Part shown: one piece after another, positions 49,907-58,324 of the stretch
Layout: each line of letters begins with the position of its first letter
Numbering within the stretch: the stretch's first letter is position 1
Assembly: GCA_014729025.1 (NCBI GenBank)
Contig: WJKP01000045.1
Coordinates: 20,015-84,014 of the forward strand
DNA length: 64,000 nt
Reading direction: 5' to 3'
DNA from: Candidatus Buchananbacteria bacterium
GTDB taxonomy: Bacteria; Patescibacteriota; Patescibacteriia; CAIXNZ01
The notes under the pieces: generated by a model
What the model saw: the letters and a program-made list of their open reading frames with translations, nothing else
Told to the model about the DNA's origin: nothing
The model's database searches: none
Program-made: the position numbers and the translations under genes

Positions 49907-50812
49907 TTATTTAAATACTTTAAATTTTTGCCAGTATTTAATGAAAAATTGATAATTTTTGGCAATTAAATCTATTGTTTCTTTTTTATTGATTTTCTTA
50001 TCACGGTATTTTTTCAAGGATGGGGAAAATATAGTCCGGCCAATGGCAAAACCAAAAATTTCTTCAAAGCCAGCAGCGTTTTTCAACCAATATTTAACAA
50101 CTTTTTTAGGAGCGGCGCGACCTAAAACAATTATTTTAAAATCTTTTTTATTATCCTTTTTTATTTCTTTAATAATCATTGGCCAGTCAGATTTTTTCTC
50201 CATGGCTTCTAATTTCCAAATATCAGGCTCTATGCCAAAAACTCTGATTTCTTTAATTGCTCGCTTGGTTAAATTAGGTCTGGCTTTTTTATCATAATTA
50301 AATTTATCCTTATAAACTTCCAACTGTTTATCGGTTGCCGGAACCAATAATTCAAACAAAAGGCCGATTTTCTTTTTTTGGCAAAAATTATTTATTTTCT
50401 TTAATCTTTTTAATTGCATTAAATTATTCTTTTTATTACTTGGATTATAACGCACCAAAACTTTGGCATAATCAGGTTTAAATTTTAAAATATGCTTGTC
50501 AAAATCTTTACCGTACTCAAAATCAAATACCTTTTGTCCACTTTTTTCCGTAGTTAAAATAGTCACAATATTCATTTTCTTGGCTTTTTTTAAAATTTCC
50601 GAACCAAATTGTTCATCAACCAAGATGCCTAAATATTCTTTAAACGAACTTTTTAAATGTACTTTTAAAAAAGCCTGCCAGATTATTTGTTTTGTATCCT
50701 TAATTTTTTGCACTTGCGCTTTATTAATCGGCTCATCCCAACCAAATAAATTGCTTCTAAAAGTTGAACGATGATCAAATGGTAAAATATAAAGCTGTTT
50801 TGGTTTTTGCAT
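49907..50812 (-). CDS. hypothetical protein (possible TIM-barrel/DUF2090-like partner of the adjacent PfkB kinase)
   Basis: It is 301 aa and basic. ILPFDHRSTF...IIVLGRAAPKK...GFAIGRTIF is present. The call is unverified. Confidence 0.3.
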   Translation of the reverse strand: MQKPKQLYILPFDHRSTFRSNLFGWDEPINKAQVQKIKDTKQIIWQAFLKVHLKSSFKEYLGILVDEQFGSEILKKAKKMNIVTILTTEKSGQKVFDFEYGKDFDKHILKFKPDYAKVLVRYNPSNKKNNLMQLKRLKKINNFCQKKKIGLLFELLVPATDKQLEVYKDKFNYDKKARPNLTKRAIKEIRVFGIEPDIWKLEAMEKKSDWPMIIKEIKKDNKKDFKIIVLGRAAPKKVVKYWLKNAAGFEEIFGFAIGRTIFSPSLKKYRDKKINKKETIDLIAKNYQFFIKYWQKFKVFK

Positions 50813-50814
50813 AA

Positions 50815-51783
50815 TTATTTTAATAATTTATTAACTCGTTTAATAATTTCTTGATAATTAATTTTATATTTATTTAATAATCTATCTGCACTGCCGGACT
50901 CGCCAAAACTGTCAGGCATACCTATTACCTCAAGAGGCACAGGATAATTTTGAGTCAAAACTTCAGCGATAGCGCTACCTAATCCTCCATTAACCTGGTG
51001 TTCTTCAATAGTCACAATTTTATTTGTTTTTTTAGCCGAAGCAATAATTGTTTTTTTGTCAATTGGTTTGATTGTATGACAATTAATTACTTCCGCTTTA
51101 ATTTTATTTTTAGCCAAATTTTCAGCTGCCATCAGCGCTTCATAAACCATAAGACCGCAAGCTATTATTGTCACGTCTTTACCTTTTTTTAAAACTTCAG
51201 CCTGGCCGATTTTAAAAGATTTTTGAGTATCAGTAAAAACCGGTGATTTAGCCCGGCCATAACGAATATAAACGGGGCCTTTAATTTTAGCAGCTGCCCT
51301 AACAGCTTTTTTAGTCTCCAAATAATCACTGGGCGCAATTACCGTCATATTCGGTAAAACTCGCATAATTGCCAGATCTTCCAACGCCTGATGCGTCGCA
51401 CCATCCGGTCCGACATTTAAACCGGCATGCGAACTGACTATTTTAACATTAGCATTATTATAACAAATTGAAACTCGAATTTGTTCCCAATTTCTACCCG
51501 GACTAAAAACCGCAAATGAGCACATAAACGGAATAAAACCGTCCAAAGCCAAACCAGTTGCCACACCAGCCATATTTTGCTCAGCCACGCCAACTTCAAA
51601 AAAACGTTTAGGGTATTTTTTGCCAAAGTCCAAACAGCGGGTTGATTCAGCCAAATCTGCTGAAACCGCAACAATCTTCTTGTTCTTTTTACCTAATTCT
51701 AATAACGCCTCGCCAAACGCATCACGGCAAGCTTTGCTTGAAATTTGAGAATTGAGATTTGATATTTTTTTGTTATTTGTCAT
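50815..51783 (-). CDS. Transketolase, C-terminal (pyrimidine-binding) subunit
   Basis: AFGEALLELGKKNKKIVAVSADL, FEVGVAEQNMAGVATGLALDG and HAGLNVGPDGATHQALEDLAIMRVLPN are present. Confidence 0.85.
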   Translation of the reverse strand: MTNNKKISNLNSQISSKACRDAFGEALLELGKKNKKIVAVSADLAESTRCLDFGKKYPKRFFEVGVAEQNMAGVATGLALDGFIPFMCSFAVFSPGRNWEQIRVSICYNNANVKIVSSHAGLNVGPDGATHQALEDLAIMRVLPNMTVIAPSDYLETKKAVRAAAKIKGPVYIRYGRAKSPVFTDTQKSFKIGQAEVLKKGKDVTIIACGLMVYEALMAAENLAKNKIKAEVINCHTIKPIDKKTIIASAKKTNKIVTIEEHQVNGGLGSAIAEVLTQNYPVPLEVIGMPDSFGESGSADRLLNKYKINYQEIIKRVNKLLK

Positions 51784-51793
51784 TTATTATTTA

Positions 51794-52627
51794 TTATTTC
51801 AAAGCGCCCTGTAACTCTTTCAATGCCCTCTCAGCCTCAATTTCAGAAGGTACTTTGCCGTGCCATTGCCATTTGTTTTCCATAAAACTAACACCTTTCC
51901 CCGGAATGGTATGGGCAATAATAACTTTGGGTTTATTTTTTATTTGCTTAGCTTTTTCTATGGATTTTAAAATTTGCTTCATATCATTACCATCAATTTG
52001 CTGCACATGCCATTTAAAAGCCTGATATTTTTCATATAAATTATTCAAAGGCATAATATTTTTTGTAAATCCGTCAATTTGTATCATGTTACGATCAACA
52101 ATAAAAATTAAATTATCTAATTTATATTTAGCAGCCGCCATAACAGCTTCCCAAGTCTGACCTTCATTATGTTCGCCATCACTGGTTATACAATAAACAA
52201 AATGCTTCTGTTTTTTTAATTTAGCTGCCAAAGCCATGCCAACTGCCACTGAGACACCCTGGCCCAAAGGACCAGAAGAATGCTCTAAAGCCGGGAAATC
52301 ATGATATGAAGGGTGTCCTTGCAAAGGAGAACCTAATTTTCTAAGTGTTTTTAATTTACTAATGGAAAAATAACCACTTCTGGCCATAGCGGCATAACGA
52401 ACAGGCACAACATGACCGTTTGATAAACATAAACGATCCCTTTTTTCCCATTTTGGCTTTTTCGGATCATGATTCAAAATATTAAAATACAAGGCAACAA
52501 AAATATCAGCCAAGCCCAAAGAACCGGCTGAATGGCCTGAACCTGCCTCAGCCAACATTTTTATAATATCTTGTCTAATAATATTAGCCTTTTCTTGTAA
52601 TTGCTTTACTTTATAACTTTTTTTCAT
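51794..52627 (-). CDS. Transketolase, N-terminal (TPP-binding) subunit
   Basis: GSGHSAGSLGLADIFVALYF, DRLCLSNGH and ITSDGEHNEGQTWEA are present. Confidence 0.85.
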   Translation of the reverse strand: MKKSYKVKQLQEKANIIRQDIIKMLAEAGSGHSAGSLGLADIFVALYFNILNHDPKKPKWEKRDRLCLSNGHVVPVRYAAMARSGYFSISKLKTLRKLGSPLQGHPSYHDFPALEHSSGPLGQGVSVAVGMALAAKLKKQKHFVYCITSDGEHNEGQTWEAVMAAAKYKLDNLIFIVDRNMIQIDGFTKNIMPLNNLYEKYQAFKWHVQQIDGNDMKQILKSIEKAKQIKNKPKVIIAHTIPGKGVSFMENKWQWHGKVPSEIEAERALKELQGALK

Positions 52628-52630
52628 AAA

Positions 52631-53071
52631 TTAAGCTGAATCAATCTTATTTTCTTTAGCCCATTTGGGGGTTACATACAAAGAACAATGACATCTACCC
52701 CATATTTCAATTTCACCCATATATAAATAACAAGGACAAATTATTTTTCTATCAGCCTCGGGATTATTGGATAAAACGCGACAGGGACAATAACATTGCT
52801 GGCCTTCTTTTAAATATTTTCCCATAGATTCAGCTAAACCTTTTAAAGTTTCTTCATTGGGATTTAATTTAATTTCATCTTGATATTTTGTTGCATTCAT
52901 CCATTTAACCTGGCGCTGCCAAGTATCTTTAAAAAATTCGAAATTAAGACTGTCAGGACTTATCTGATTAAAACTTTTCTGATTATGACAAAAAGGACAT
53001 TCACAAGGAGCTTTTTTATCACGATAAATATAACCACAAACTGAACATCGATATATTTTTATATCAGTCAT
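52631..53071 (-). CDS. Rubredoxin-domain fused ferredoxin:thioredoxin reductase catalytic-subunit-like (FTR-like) protein
   Basis: The N-terminal rubredoxin knuckles are CSVCGYIY...CPFC. The C-terminus CYCPCR-x14-CPC-x12-CHCSLYV matches the FtrC CPC...CPC...CHC signature. Confidence 0.65.
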   Translation of the reverse strand: MTDIKIYRCSVCGYIYRDKKAPCECPFCHNQKSFNQISPDSLNFEFFKDTWQRQVKWMNATKYQDEIKLNPNEETLKGLAESMGKYLKEGQQCYCPCRVLSNNPEADRKIICPCYLYMGEIEIWGRCHCSLYVTPKWAKENKIDSA

Positions 53072-53079
53072 AATTAAAA

Positions 53080-53292
53080 TTATTCAAACTTATCTTTTTT
53101 AATATGCTCAGCCAATTCATCCTGCAATAAATTGATGTGTTTTTTTAAATCTACTCGCATTTGTTCATAAACACCTTGACAGCCCTTACATTTTATTTTT
53201 TTAGCATCCTTAATATAAAAATTTTCCAAGCGCCATAAATCATCCAAAGAATTATGAAGCATTTTAATTAAATTGTAATTAGCATTTTTCAT
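53080..53292 (-). CDS. hypothetical small protein
   Basis: It is a 70-aa ORF containing CKGCQG, located between rpe and the FTR-like gene. Confidence 0.35.
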   Translation of the reverse strand: MKNANYNLIKMLHNSLDDLWRLENFYIKDAKKIKCKGCQGVYEQMRVDLKKHINLLQDELAEHIKKDKFE

Positions 53293-53301
53293 AATTTTAA
53301 A

Positions 53302-53982
53302 TTAATCTTTAATTTTATTTTTTATTTGATTAACTATTTTTCTTACATTTTCCGCTTCAAAAAACATTGTCCCGGCAGCAATAATATTAACGCCTGATTT
53401 TGCCACCTTAGCAATATTATTCAAATTAACGCCGCCATCAATTTCAATATCCAGTTTGGGATATTTTTGCCTAGCCTGTTTGGCTTTATTTAAAATAGAA
53501 GGTCTTAAAACCTGACCTCCCCAGCCAGGCTTAACGCCTAATAAAAATAATACATCAATTTTCGGGATAAATTTTTCAACTTGATTTAATTTTGTTTCAG
53601 GATTAATAGCCAAACCAACTTTAAATTTTCTTTTTTTTAAATATTTAATTAAATCAAAAATATCCTCATCATTTTTCATTGCTTCATAATGAAAAATGAT
53701 TTTTTTAACTTTTTTAAAATTCTGCCATTTTTTGATTAATTTTAAAGGCTCAGCAACCATTAAATGCAATTCATAATTCAAATACGTTCTGATTGTTTTG
53801 ATTTTAGACAAATCATAAAAAGTCTTATTTTTGACAAACTTATTGTCCATGCAATCAATCTGCACCAATTTAAAATAAGGTGCAACTAAATTAAGCTTTT
53901 CTTTAAATTCTGAAAACGAGTGAGTTAAAAGCGTAGGTACTAATTTTATATTTTTATTATTTTCTTTACTCATATATACCAT
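53302..53982 (-). CDS. rpe: Ribulose-phosphate 3-epimerase
   Basis: LVQIDCMDNKFVKN (metal-binding Asp), a GGVNLNNI-type C-terminus and the (beta/alpha)8 length are present. Confidence 0.8.
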   Translation of the reverse strand: MVYMSKENNKNIKLVPTLLTHSFSEFKEKLNLVAPYFKLVQIDCMDNKFVKNKTFYDLSKIKTIRTYLNYELHLMVAEPLKLIKKWQNFKKVKKIIFHYEAMKNDEDIFDLIKYLKKRKFKVGLAINPETKLNQVEKFIPKIDVLFLLGVKPGWGGQVLRPSILNKAKQARQKYPKLDIEIDGGVNLNNIAKVAKSGVNIIAAGTMFFEAENVRKIVNQIKNKIKD

Positions 53983-54003
53983 TATTTTCAGGCGAAAGGC
54001 TAA

Positions 54004-54465
54004 TCAGCCTCTGGCTGAAAATTCTTTATTCTCAATTTTTTTTATTTTATTAATCCTTCTGATTCTGCGGGGCTTGGCGTCAAATTTGGCATTTAAAAAA
54101 GTATCAACTATTTTTTTAGCTTTATCAAAAGGCAGCCCCCAGCCTGGCAAACACATAATATTAGCGTCATTATGTCTTCGTATTTCTTTGGCTTCTTGCT
54201 CATTTTTAACTGACACAGCCCGAACACCTTTGACCTTATTGGCAATGATACACATGCCATAAGAGGTGCCGCAAATTAAAATTCCTTTAGAATTTTTATC
54301 TTTAGCCACAGCTTGAGCGACTTTATATCCATATTGCGGATAATCATCATCTTTTTCGTATTTTAAATTGCCTTTATCTTCATAAGGCTGATTGATTTTA
54401 TACAAATATTTTTTTATTTGCTCTTTTAAATCAAATCCGGCATGATCTGCGCCTAAATAAATCAT
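54004..54465 (-). CDS. rpiB: Ribose-5-phosphate isomerase B
   Basis: MIYLGADHAGFDLKEQIKKYL and ILICGTSYGMCIIANKVKGVRAV are present. The active-site Cys is in GTSYGMC. Confidence 0.85.
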   Translation of the reverse strand: MIYLGADHAGFDLKEQIKKYLYKINQPYEDKGNLKYEKDDDYPQYGYKVAQAVAKDKNSKGILICGTSYGMCIIANKVKGVRAVSVKNEQEAKEIRRHNDANIMCLPGWGLPFDKAKKIVDTFLNAKFDAKPRRIRRINKIKKIENKEFSARG

Positions 54466-54504
54466 AAATTTTACTAATTACTACTAATATGCAAACATTA
54501 AAAA

Positions 54505-56526
54505 TTATAATTCAATTATATCACCTTCTTTAACATTATTATTATTTTCCTCTGCTGAAGCCAGTAAATTAGCCGCTGGCAATTTTTCTTTTGTCGAGCC
54601 TTTTTCTGCTTTTTCTGCTTTTTCTTGAACTTGTTGTGAAGATTCTTTTTTCTCCGGAGCTAACACTTTTTCTTGTTCTACAGATTCTTTTTCTGCTTCA
54701 ACCGGTTGTGTTTTTTTAATTTCCTTTTGTATTTCTGGTCTTGAAATTTCTTGTTTGGTTGGCTGTACTGGCTTAGTTTCTTTTATTGTCTTTTGCTTGG
54801 CTAATCCTATGGGCTTATCTTCTTTAATTGGTTGGATTTTTTGAGGTTCAGACTGTTTTGCTGATTCCGATTTTTTTTCTTCAGGTGATTTACCTTTAAA
54901 ATCAACGGTTTTTTGCGAAATCTGTGATAAAGAAACAGCTTCTTGTTGTTGTTGCGTTTTTTCTTTACTCACTTCATCAGGTTTAACACCTATTTCTCCG
55001 CGGCGAGCTTTTTTAAGGCATTCTTTACAAAAAACTGGACGCACATTATCTGGCTTAAAAGGTACTTCAATTTCTTTTTTACAGCCAGAACAAACAGCTG
55101 GCCAGCCCTTATCTTTCTTTTTTTCATTTGATGTGGTTTCCGCCTCTCCTTGTTTTAATTTTTGCTCATTTGACTGTTGAGAAATCAGCTTACCTTTTCC
55201 TTCAACTTCCTTTTTGTCTTCAGTTATTACACCACTCCATCTTTTTATTTTATCTTCAACTACATTTTTGGGTTTAGCGTATCTTTCCCTGGAAACATTA
55301 ATAACTTTTTGTTCGTTACCCAAAGAATCACTATAAACCGGGGGTAACCCTCTAGCTGAAAATGGTTCAGAGGCTATCCCGTCAATCATTAATTTTAAAT
55401 AGATATGAAACTTTGGCAAAGCGACCAGATCTTCCTGAGTTAAATAAGGCATAAACTCTTTTTCTAAAAATTCAGCATCAGCTGCACCGACCCGAAAACA
55501 CATTAAAGTGCCGACATTACCAAAAACTGCCGGTCTAACTACCTCGCCTAATTGTTCTATATATTGATGAGCAATAATTAAATTCAAGCGATACTTACGA
55601 GCCTCTGATAAAATATCAGCAAAAGAATCGGTCGCAAAATTCTGAAATTCATCAACATATAAATAAAAATCTTTCCGATTATCTTCTGGAATATCAACCC
55701 GGCTCATAGCTGCCAACTGAATTTTTGTAACCATCATGGCACCAAGTAAAGCAGAAGCGTCTTCACCAATTCTCCCCTTGGAAAGATTTAGAATTAAAAT
55801 TTTATTTTCATCCATTACTTTTCTTAAATCAACTGCTGATTTAACCTGACCGACTACATTACGAATTAATGAAGTTGATAAAAACTGCCCCACCTTGTTT
55901 TGAATCGGTGAAACAACTTCTTGTAAAACTCTTTCATTCCATCTGGGAAATTCATCAACCCAAAAAGAACGAACTACCGGATCAGTAATTTTAGCTACTA
56001 CTTTTTTACGATATTCTTTATCAACCAACATACGGTTAATTCCCAATAAAGTACTATCTGGATATTCCAAAAGAGCCAAAATCGCATTTCTTAAAATATA
56101 TTCCAAACGAGGTCCCCAAGAATCAGCCCATAACTTTTTAAATACACCAATTAAACCAGAAGCAACCAAATGACGATGCTCAGAAGAAACTTTTTCCAAA
56201 ACATTAAATGAAATGGGATAATGCAAATCAGACGGATTAAAATAAATAACATCATTAATACGACTGCTTGGTATCCAGCTCAACATCTTTTCGGCAGTAT
56301 CACCATGAGGATCAACATAACAAACCCCTTTACCGGCAATAATATCCGAATAAACCATATTTTCAATCAAAGTTGTTTTCCCCATACCGGTTTTACCAAT
56401 AATATAAACGTGACGACGCCGATCATCTTCTTTAATCCCAAAAATCCGCTCTCTGTTTCTAAAAGTTGTTACAGCAAAAGGTGTGATTCCGCTTTCCACT
56501 GCTTTTTTAATTTGTTCTGTTACCAT
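54505..56526 (-). CDS. VirD4/TraG/TrwB-like type IV coupling-protein ATPase domain protein. It has no N-terminal TM, a C-terminal Zn ribbon and a K/E-rich tail.
   Basis: Walker A is HVYIIGKTGMGKTTL and Walker B is FYLYVDEFQNF. RKYRLNLIIAHQYIEQL and an all-alpha-domain-like AVFGNVGTLMCFRVGAADAEFLEKEF are present. The C-terminal zinc ribbon is CSGCKKEIEVPFKPDNVRPVFCKECLKK. Confidence 0.55.
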   Translation of the reverse strand: MVTEQIKKAVESGITPFAVTTFRNRERIFGIKEDDRRRHVYIIGKTGMGKTTLIENMVYSDIIAGKGVCYVDPHGDTAEKMLSWIPSSRINDVIYFNPSDLHYPISFNVLEKVSSEHRHLVASGLIGVFKKLWADSWGPRLEYILRNAILALLEYPDSTLLGINRMLVDKEYRKKVVAKITDPVVRSFWVDEFPRWNERVLQEVVSPIQNKVGQFLSTSLIRNVVGQVKSAVDLRKVMDENKILILNLSKGRIGEDASALLGAMMVTKIQLAAMSRVDIPEDNRKDFYLYVDEFQNFATDSFADILSEARKYRLNLIIAHQYIEQLGEVVRPAVFGNVGTLMCFRVGAADAEFLEKEFMPYLTQEDLVALPKFHIYLKLMIDGIASEPFSARGLPPVYSDSLGNEQKVINVSRERYAKPKNVVEDKIKRWSGVITEDKKEVEGKGKLISQQSNEQKLKQGEAETTSNEKKKDKGWPAVCSGCKKEIEVPFKPDNVRPVFCKECLKKARRGEIGVKPDEVSKEKTQQQQEAVSLSQISQKTVDFKGKSPEEKKSESAKQSEPQKIQPIKEDKPIGLAKQKTIKETKPVQPTKQEISRPEIQKEIKKTQPVEAEKESVEQEKVLAPEKKESSQQVQEKAEKAEKGSTKEKLPAANLLASAEENNNNVKEGDIIEL

Positions 56527-56538
56527 ATTTAAATAAAA

Positions 56539-58221
56539 TTAATCAATAAATGGAATATTACCAGGAATAGCTCCTGTCGATTTATCTGATTCAGAATCCT
56601 CTTTTTCTTCTTTTAGTTTTGTAGATTCTGTTTCTTTTTTGGTTTCCTTTGCTTTTTGGGGTTCAGCTTCTTGTTTTTTTATTTCTGCTAATTTTTCTTT
56701 TTCTTCTTTAGCTATTTCTGCCAATCTATCTTCTCTGACCGGCCGTGTCTTTTTAAATTTATCTTTATCTTTGGCAAATTGCATTTCAAAATCATCACTA
56801 TCATAATCAAAAGTCGGCTCAAATTGTTTTTCTTCTTCAGGTGTTTCTTGGTGAGCTTGTTCTGCCCTATCTTCAACCGGTTTTAATGGGGCTTCTTGAA
56901 CGGGTAACCCAACCGGCGCTGCTGCTTTGGTAAATTCTGTTTTCTTTAATAAAGGCGCTTTAACATACATACTTGGGAAATGCCACAAAGAAGCTAATTC
57001 TTCACTACATAATGGTTTAGCTGGTACACCAACAACTGTATCGCGGTTAATATAAGCTCGAATAAATTGATTTTTACGCCATTTTTTACGAGCTTGAATT
57101 AAAATATATTGAGGTGAATTAGTGCCAGTTTCTTTTAACATCGGCCTTAAACCATTAGTATTGACATCTGTCCATTGCTTTATAGAACCAATCATCGCAT
57201 TAACACCCAATGTTTTATTCATTTTATCTTTTTCTGCTACATAAAGATAACGTATCTTAGTATTAAAAGCCCATTTGGCTGTTTTTCTTTCAATACCATC
57301 AACTATTTCTTTTTGAGCTGAAGTTAAATTCATTATACTGGGCTGTTTTTCATCTACTTTAGCCTCTTCACCGCCCCCTAAATTCACCCCAGCTAATTGA
57401 TCTGTAAATTCATTTATAAAATCAGCTGGAAATTTAAACAGACTTCCAAAAAATCCTTGTTTTGGCTTTGATTTAATACCTATAACTTTATTTACCTCTT
57501 CTTTACCTTGTTTAATGCCCCAATCAACCGCCAAAGGAGTTAAAATATATTGAACCCAAATTTGCTCGCCTGGACCTATAGAACTCATTGTTTCTAATAA
57601 TGCTGCCATAGGATCAACAAAAGTTTCAGAAAAACGGTGCTCAAATTTTTGCCATGATTTTAAAGGAATCAACGGATTAGCTGAAAGTGTAAATTCTACA
57701 CCCCAAATATCATGTGTATCATTGGGATAATCTTTAGGAACAGAATTAACATAATCTTCAACCTCAGTAATTTCCGCATCAGGAAATTGAGAATAAACAG
57801 CCGCCTCAACCAAATTACGCCAATCACCTGGACAACGAATTAGAAACTGAATATTGCCTTCAATACTAACCAACTCAACTGATAATGAACGCATGAACTC
57901 ACCTTCAATATATGTCCCCCATTTAGTAAAAGTTGTATGAGCGCCTTGTAAGTGATCAAAAAAGTTTTCCATCGCCTGAATACTTTGCTCATTTCTTTTA
58001 GGGACATCTATAGCCAAAATTACCGGACCAGGCTGTTTACTAGCCCATTTTCCGCCAATATATAAACGATATTCAGGATATATTAAATAACGCAAAACAA
58101 TATAAACAAATAAAACCCAGAGCCAATACTTAAATAACAGGATATATAATATCCCAAAAGTTGATTGACCTTCAAACTGGGCTAAAAATTGATAAAAATA
58201 AGTTAAATCTATTTCAATCAT
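56539..58221 (-). CDS. hypothetical membrane-anchored protein, probable partner of the downstream coupling ATPase
   Basis: The N-terminal TM is ILYILLFKYWLWVLFVYIVL. A ~400-aa globular domain and a K/E-rich tail follow. Only 12 nt separate it from the ATPase gene. Confidence 0.45.
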   Translation of the reverse strand: MIEIDLTYFYQFLAQFEGQSTFGILYILLFKYWLWVLFVYIVLRYLIYPEYRLYIGGKWASKQPGPVILAIDVPKRNEQSIQAMENFFDHLQGAHTTFTKWGTYIEGEFMRSLSVELVSIEGNIQFLIRCPGDWRNLVEAAVYSQFPDAEITEVEDYVNSVPKDYPNDTHDIWGVEFTLSANPLIPLKSWQKFEHRFSETFVDPMAALLETMSSIGPGEQIWVQYILTPLAVDWGIKQGKEEVNKVIGIKSKPKQGFFGSLFKFPADFINEFTDQLAGVNLGGGEEAKVDEKQPSIMNLTSAQKEIVDGIERKTAKWAFNTKIRYLYVAEKDKMNKTLGVNAMIGSIKQWTDVNTNGLRPMLKETGTNSPQYILIQARKKWRKNQFIRAYINRDTVVGVPAKPLCSEELASLWHFPSMYVKAPLLKKTEFTKAAAPVGLPVQEAPLKPVEDRAEQAHQETPEEEKQFEPTFDYDSDDFEMQFAKDKDKFKKTRPVREDRLAEIAKEEKEKLAEIKKQEAEPQKAKETKKETESTKLKEEKEDSESDKSTGAIPGNIPFID

Positions 58222-58324
58222 AATTATTATATATTATACTAAATTTTAATTGTTTTTACTAGTTTAAAAATAACAAAAAACCTCTTTAGGAGGTTTTTTG
58301 TTAAATTGTGTATTTGATTTATTA

